From positions 296,670,001 through 296,734,000 of the forward strand of contig OZ024740.1 in the NCBI GenBank assembly GCA_964016885.1: a stretch of 64,000 bases of DNA, given 5' to 3'. This document shows positions 60,176 through 64,000 of this stretch, piece by piece; the stretch's first letter is position 1; each line of letters opens with the position of its first letter. The notes under the pieces were generated by a model. That model searched no databases and was not told the DNA's origin. It saw only the letters and a list, made by a program, of their open reading frames with translations. Position numbers and translations under genes: made by a program. The stretch is from Eledone cirrhosa. Its lineage: Eukaryota.

Positions 60176-62581
60176 ATAAACGCAACCTCACCAATGCACA
60201 ATTTAACACTCTCACCAACCTAAGATCCAGGAACCTTGTTTACCTTCCCTCTGACAAGGGGAAAGAATTCTGTGTCATCTCGAGAGAGACCTACAACAAC
60301 TTAGCTCTCCAACATCTTAATGACGACAGCCTCTACTCGAAAGTTACAGGGACCTCCTCGACTCTAATCGAGGAAGGCATTAACACCATATGGACTAACA
60401 TCTGTGTCCAACGACAACTGCCAAAGAAGGTAAAAAATAACATAATGACTAGAAACAGCAAACTACCCACCTTCTACCACCTGGTGAAAACCCATAAACA
60501 AGGACGCGATTTGAAAATCAGGCCCATTGTCTCTAGCGTGGAGGGCCCACTTTACAAAATATCGTGGCTGCTCTCCACACTACTGAAACCCATTCTACAC
60601 ACACTACCAGCCCACGTCTGCAGCTCAAAGGAGGTCTTGGAGCGACTACACCATTTGGCGCCCAACACCAGAAAGGACAACGGATATGCCTTCAGCCTTG
60701 ATGTGGTCGCCCTTTATACCTCCGTACCAGCATCCCCAGCCGTCGACCTGTTAACCGAACGAGTCCGAGCATCTAATTTACACTACTTCGGACTCACACA
60801 CACGGACATCCACCAACTCCTCTCCTTCGTTGTGGATAATGCATTCTTCAGTTTCCTCGGCCACACGTACAAACAGATCTCTGGGCTACCTATGGGCTCT
60901 AGTCTGTCCGGCATACTTGCGATCTCGTACATGGACCACCTGGAACGCAAGGCACTCAACACCTGCCAACCCAACGCCGTCGCCTTCTACTCCAGATACG
61001 TTGATGACATACTGATACTCACTTCTTCCCGGGAGATGGCGAATGAAATTCACCAAATCTTTAACGACACCGACCATCACGTCGATTTCACCATCGAACA
61101 CCCTGAAGAAGACGGGTCACTCGCCCTCCTCGACTTCCGTATCAACATCTCGGAAGAAGGAGACATAAACACCACCTTCTACCGCAAGGCAGCGTGCAAG
61201 GACTTATTTGTGCATACAACTCAGCCCTCCCCAACAACGCTAAGAGAGGCTATGTCCTAAATGAACTTACACGGATCACTAATAGATGCAGCGACCCGAT
61301 GGGTGGTCTCACCCATACCACGCAATTCCGTAATCTACTCAAGTCTAATGGATATCCCAAGCGACTGATTAACGGAATTAGAGACCCCAGACCCAATAGA
61401 CAGACACCCACTAGAAACTTAGATAAAAACAAGTGCTTCTTTAAAATCCCTCACCTGAGTGAATATACCACGAACGCCATCCGCAGGGCCATACGGAGGG
61501 AGGGACTTGACATACATTTGGCCCACACAGGACCTTCGCTCCGAAGATGCCTCTCCACCAAACCCGACGAGTCAGATGGGACGTGCTCCCTCAGCAACTG
61601 CCCGATATGGGGGGAAGATTGCCGACGCACCTATGTCGTATATAAGATTCAATGCGATAAATGTAACAAGTTTTACATAGGTAGCACCATCCGACCCCTA
61701 CATGTTCGTATCAAGGAACATGTCAACACCAACGCATCTTCCTTCCGTAAACACATCCTTAAATGCGGAAACCCACAGGGCAGACCCTTGGTCACAGTCC
61801 TAGCGACTGAACGCAGCATCGGATCCTTAAGGATAAAGGAAGCACTTGTTATTAAGAACCTCAGACCGCCACTTAACAACCGGGCTGAGAGAAATGAGCT
61901 GACATGGCTAATCTAACCATAGTGACCAGTAACAGCCCCTACGGCCTACTATCTTTCACACACACGCACTTATATGTATACCCATACACATACACACACA
62001 CACACATCTATATTTATACACGCACACATGTTTATACAACCTACCACCTTTCACACCCTTTGAATTCCAGCTTCTACGGCCCTCTATCTTTCACACACAC
62101 ACACTCACATACATACACACATACACACATACACACACAGTTACACACACATATATATTTACACACACATACTTTACGGCTTTCACCCGCTAGTGAACCC
62201 TATTAATTTAACCCAATTGGTCAGTAGCTTTTGCCACAGCCTATCACGCGCACGCGCATTCTTTCCCTTGTTTAAATTTGTTCCCCATAACGGCATTCCT
62301 ATGTTTTAACGACAATACAACTTTCTCCCGGCTTAGCCTGTTCCCCCCCTTTTGGAACTTTCCCCCCGTTGATGGGCGTGAGCCCGAAATATTGGGATTA
62401 AATCTCCACTACGGTAACCCTTCTACCTTTGTTTTGTTTTCGTTTTTTCGTTTCTCTCATTTTTCACTTTTCTCCTATTTCTCACTCACTTCCTTCCTCG
62501 AGATTTCCCATCTGCATTGTTGTGGCTTTCTAAACTACATATTTTACATATTTCACAATGCTTCAAGCAAACTTTAACACC

Positions 62582-62585
<4 letters not shown>
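60176..62585 (+). mobile_element. Penelope-like element of RYVDD type (Penelope/Poseidon-like), 5'-truncated, one frameshift near 61215
   Basis: SDKG, K.HK..RPIVS, SLDVVALYTSVP, GLPMGS.LS, RYVDD, VYKIQC..C..YIGST, R..EH, E..I. Degenerate HHR-like motif at 62361-62397. Confidence 0.9.
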
Positions 62586-62640
<55 letters not shown>

Positions 62641-62688
62641 TAAATGTTAGAGAAAACAATACCAAATTCTTGAACAAATATATTTAAT

Positions 62689-62814
62689 GGCTTACAGTTG
62701 TTTCGAAAATCATATCAACATTCTGCACATACAGATGAAAGGCATCGATTATATAATCGATAAGAACAAATTATAATAAAAAGAAAAGATTGATATGGTC
62801 TCCTTTTCAAAGCC
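62689..62814 (-). ncRNA. Type I hammerhead ribozyme, U3:A8 variant, at the end of a probable Penelope-like 3' UTR (62640-64000)
   Basis: ggct TTGAAAA ggaga-c-catatcaa...ttgatatg-a-ttttc GAAA caactg TA^agcc, followed by ATTAAA and (TA)n. Confidence 0.7.
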
Positions 62815-63342
62815 GAAAATAAAATAAATATAAAATACAAACATACATGTCACTGAAAATAGAGACTTCAATAAATGTAAAACACGAAGCATACCATTCC
62901 ACATATGAATAAGAGAAGCAGGATTAGGATACATCTTAAATTCAAAGAAGTTAACCATTAAAAAAAATGATGTAGGTATGAAACCGGAAGTAGACAGGCA
63001 TATATAGTAAGGGGTATAATTTTGATGAAAGGGAGATAATTACTAGAATTACAAATGAGATATTTAAATAAATAATTATAAAAGGGAGTATAGATAGGTG
63101 TAATAATTTGTGTTATGGCCAAAAGAGGTAGGGCAATAAGGATACTAATTATAACAGTAGAAAAATAAAGAGAAATAAAACTATAGATAGAAATTAAAGT
63201 TTAAATAATTAAATAAATAAAAAGACGGGGTTTATAAGGAACATAGTGAAAGAGTATTAAGTTAGTCACAAAATGGGGAGAAGGGCCTAGATAAAGAGGG
63301 TTAAATCTAAATAGAAAAAAGATAGAGGAATACAATAGGAAA

Positions 63343-63739
63343 TCTTTATATATATAAAAGCGAGGATGTGAGTGTGTGTCTGTGTAGAATTTTGGATACC
63401 TAAGGCTTTTACAATTACCACCCGAATTTGACCAAATTTTCTGTGCACGTTGCACAGGTCACTAAGATGGTCACATCACAAACATTTTTCCAATCGACCC
63501 AAGTTGAGCAATAAAAAATCGATATCAAAATTATCGGTAGCAAATTTGATGTAAGGGAGATAACCAACTTTATTGACAATCCTTATTAAAAAAGGGAGAT
63601 AACCAACTTTATTGACAATCCTTATAAAGAGACTGCTTATTTTGACAGGTTGGGGACAAATAATGTTCTTCTTTTACTTCCTAGCTGTATATTCTTAGCA
63701 TAATTTCAAACCTGGAGCAACGCCGGGTAAATCTGCTAG
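63343..63739 (+). mobile_element. Non-autonomous Helitron (397 bp)
   Basis: A|TCTTTATATATATAAAAG... and ...CCTGGAGCAACGCCGGG (hairpin) taaatctgCTAG|T. Inserted at an AT dinucleotide with no TSD. Confidence 0.85.
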
Positions 63740-64000
63740 TAAATAATTATACATAAGAGTAGGTTAAATTAAAAGTGAAAAGATAGGATAGGTAAAGACG
63801 GAAATAAAGGAATCACCTATTAACTAACAAAGAGGGTATATAGGATTAAGAATAGGGGTTATAAATTAAAATAATATAATAGGTGGGCATAAAGAAAAAA
63901 ATAATATTAACATAACATGGGTATAAATAAAAGATAAAAATACAATGTAAATCAACTAGGAAGAAAATTTAAACTAGTTGAAGTGTGAAGGTAAGATAAG

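Noticed and set aside
62361-62397. CCGTTGA-t-gggc-gtga-gccc-GAAA-tatt-ggga
   Set aside because: Two core substitutions; probably a dead HHR, so not called as a functional RNA.

Overview
AT-rich, microsatellite-dense animal genomic DNA. The repeat landscape suggests an octopus or other coleoid cephalopod; this is inference only. The only host coding sequence I can support is four minus-strand exons (191, 70, 127 and 180 bp; 568 bp in total) of a CYP4-clan (CYP4V-like) cytochrome P450, so most or all of the window is probably its introns. The introns are filled with decayed retroelements (RTE, CR1, Dong/R4, Tx1/L1, CRE, many Penelope-like GIY-YIG elements), tRNA-derived SINEs, non-autonomous Helitron, hAT and MITE elements, and fold-back palindromes. 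The most notable signal is a set of nine or so hammerhead ribozyme (HHR) motifs folded by eye, both canonical CUGAUGA and U3:A8 UUGANAA variants. These include a 670-bp tandem HHR unit resembling a retrozyme and a 1.46-kb near-perfect palindrome with an HHR on each strand. Element boundaries are approximate unless target-site duplications (TSDs) or splice sites are quoted.
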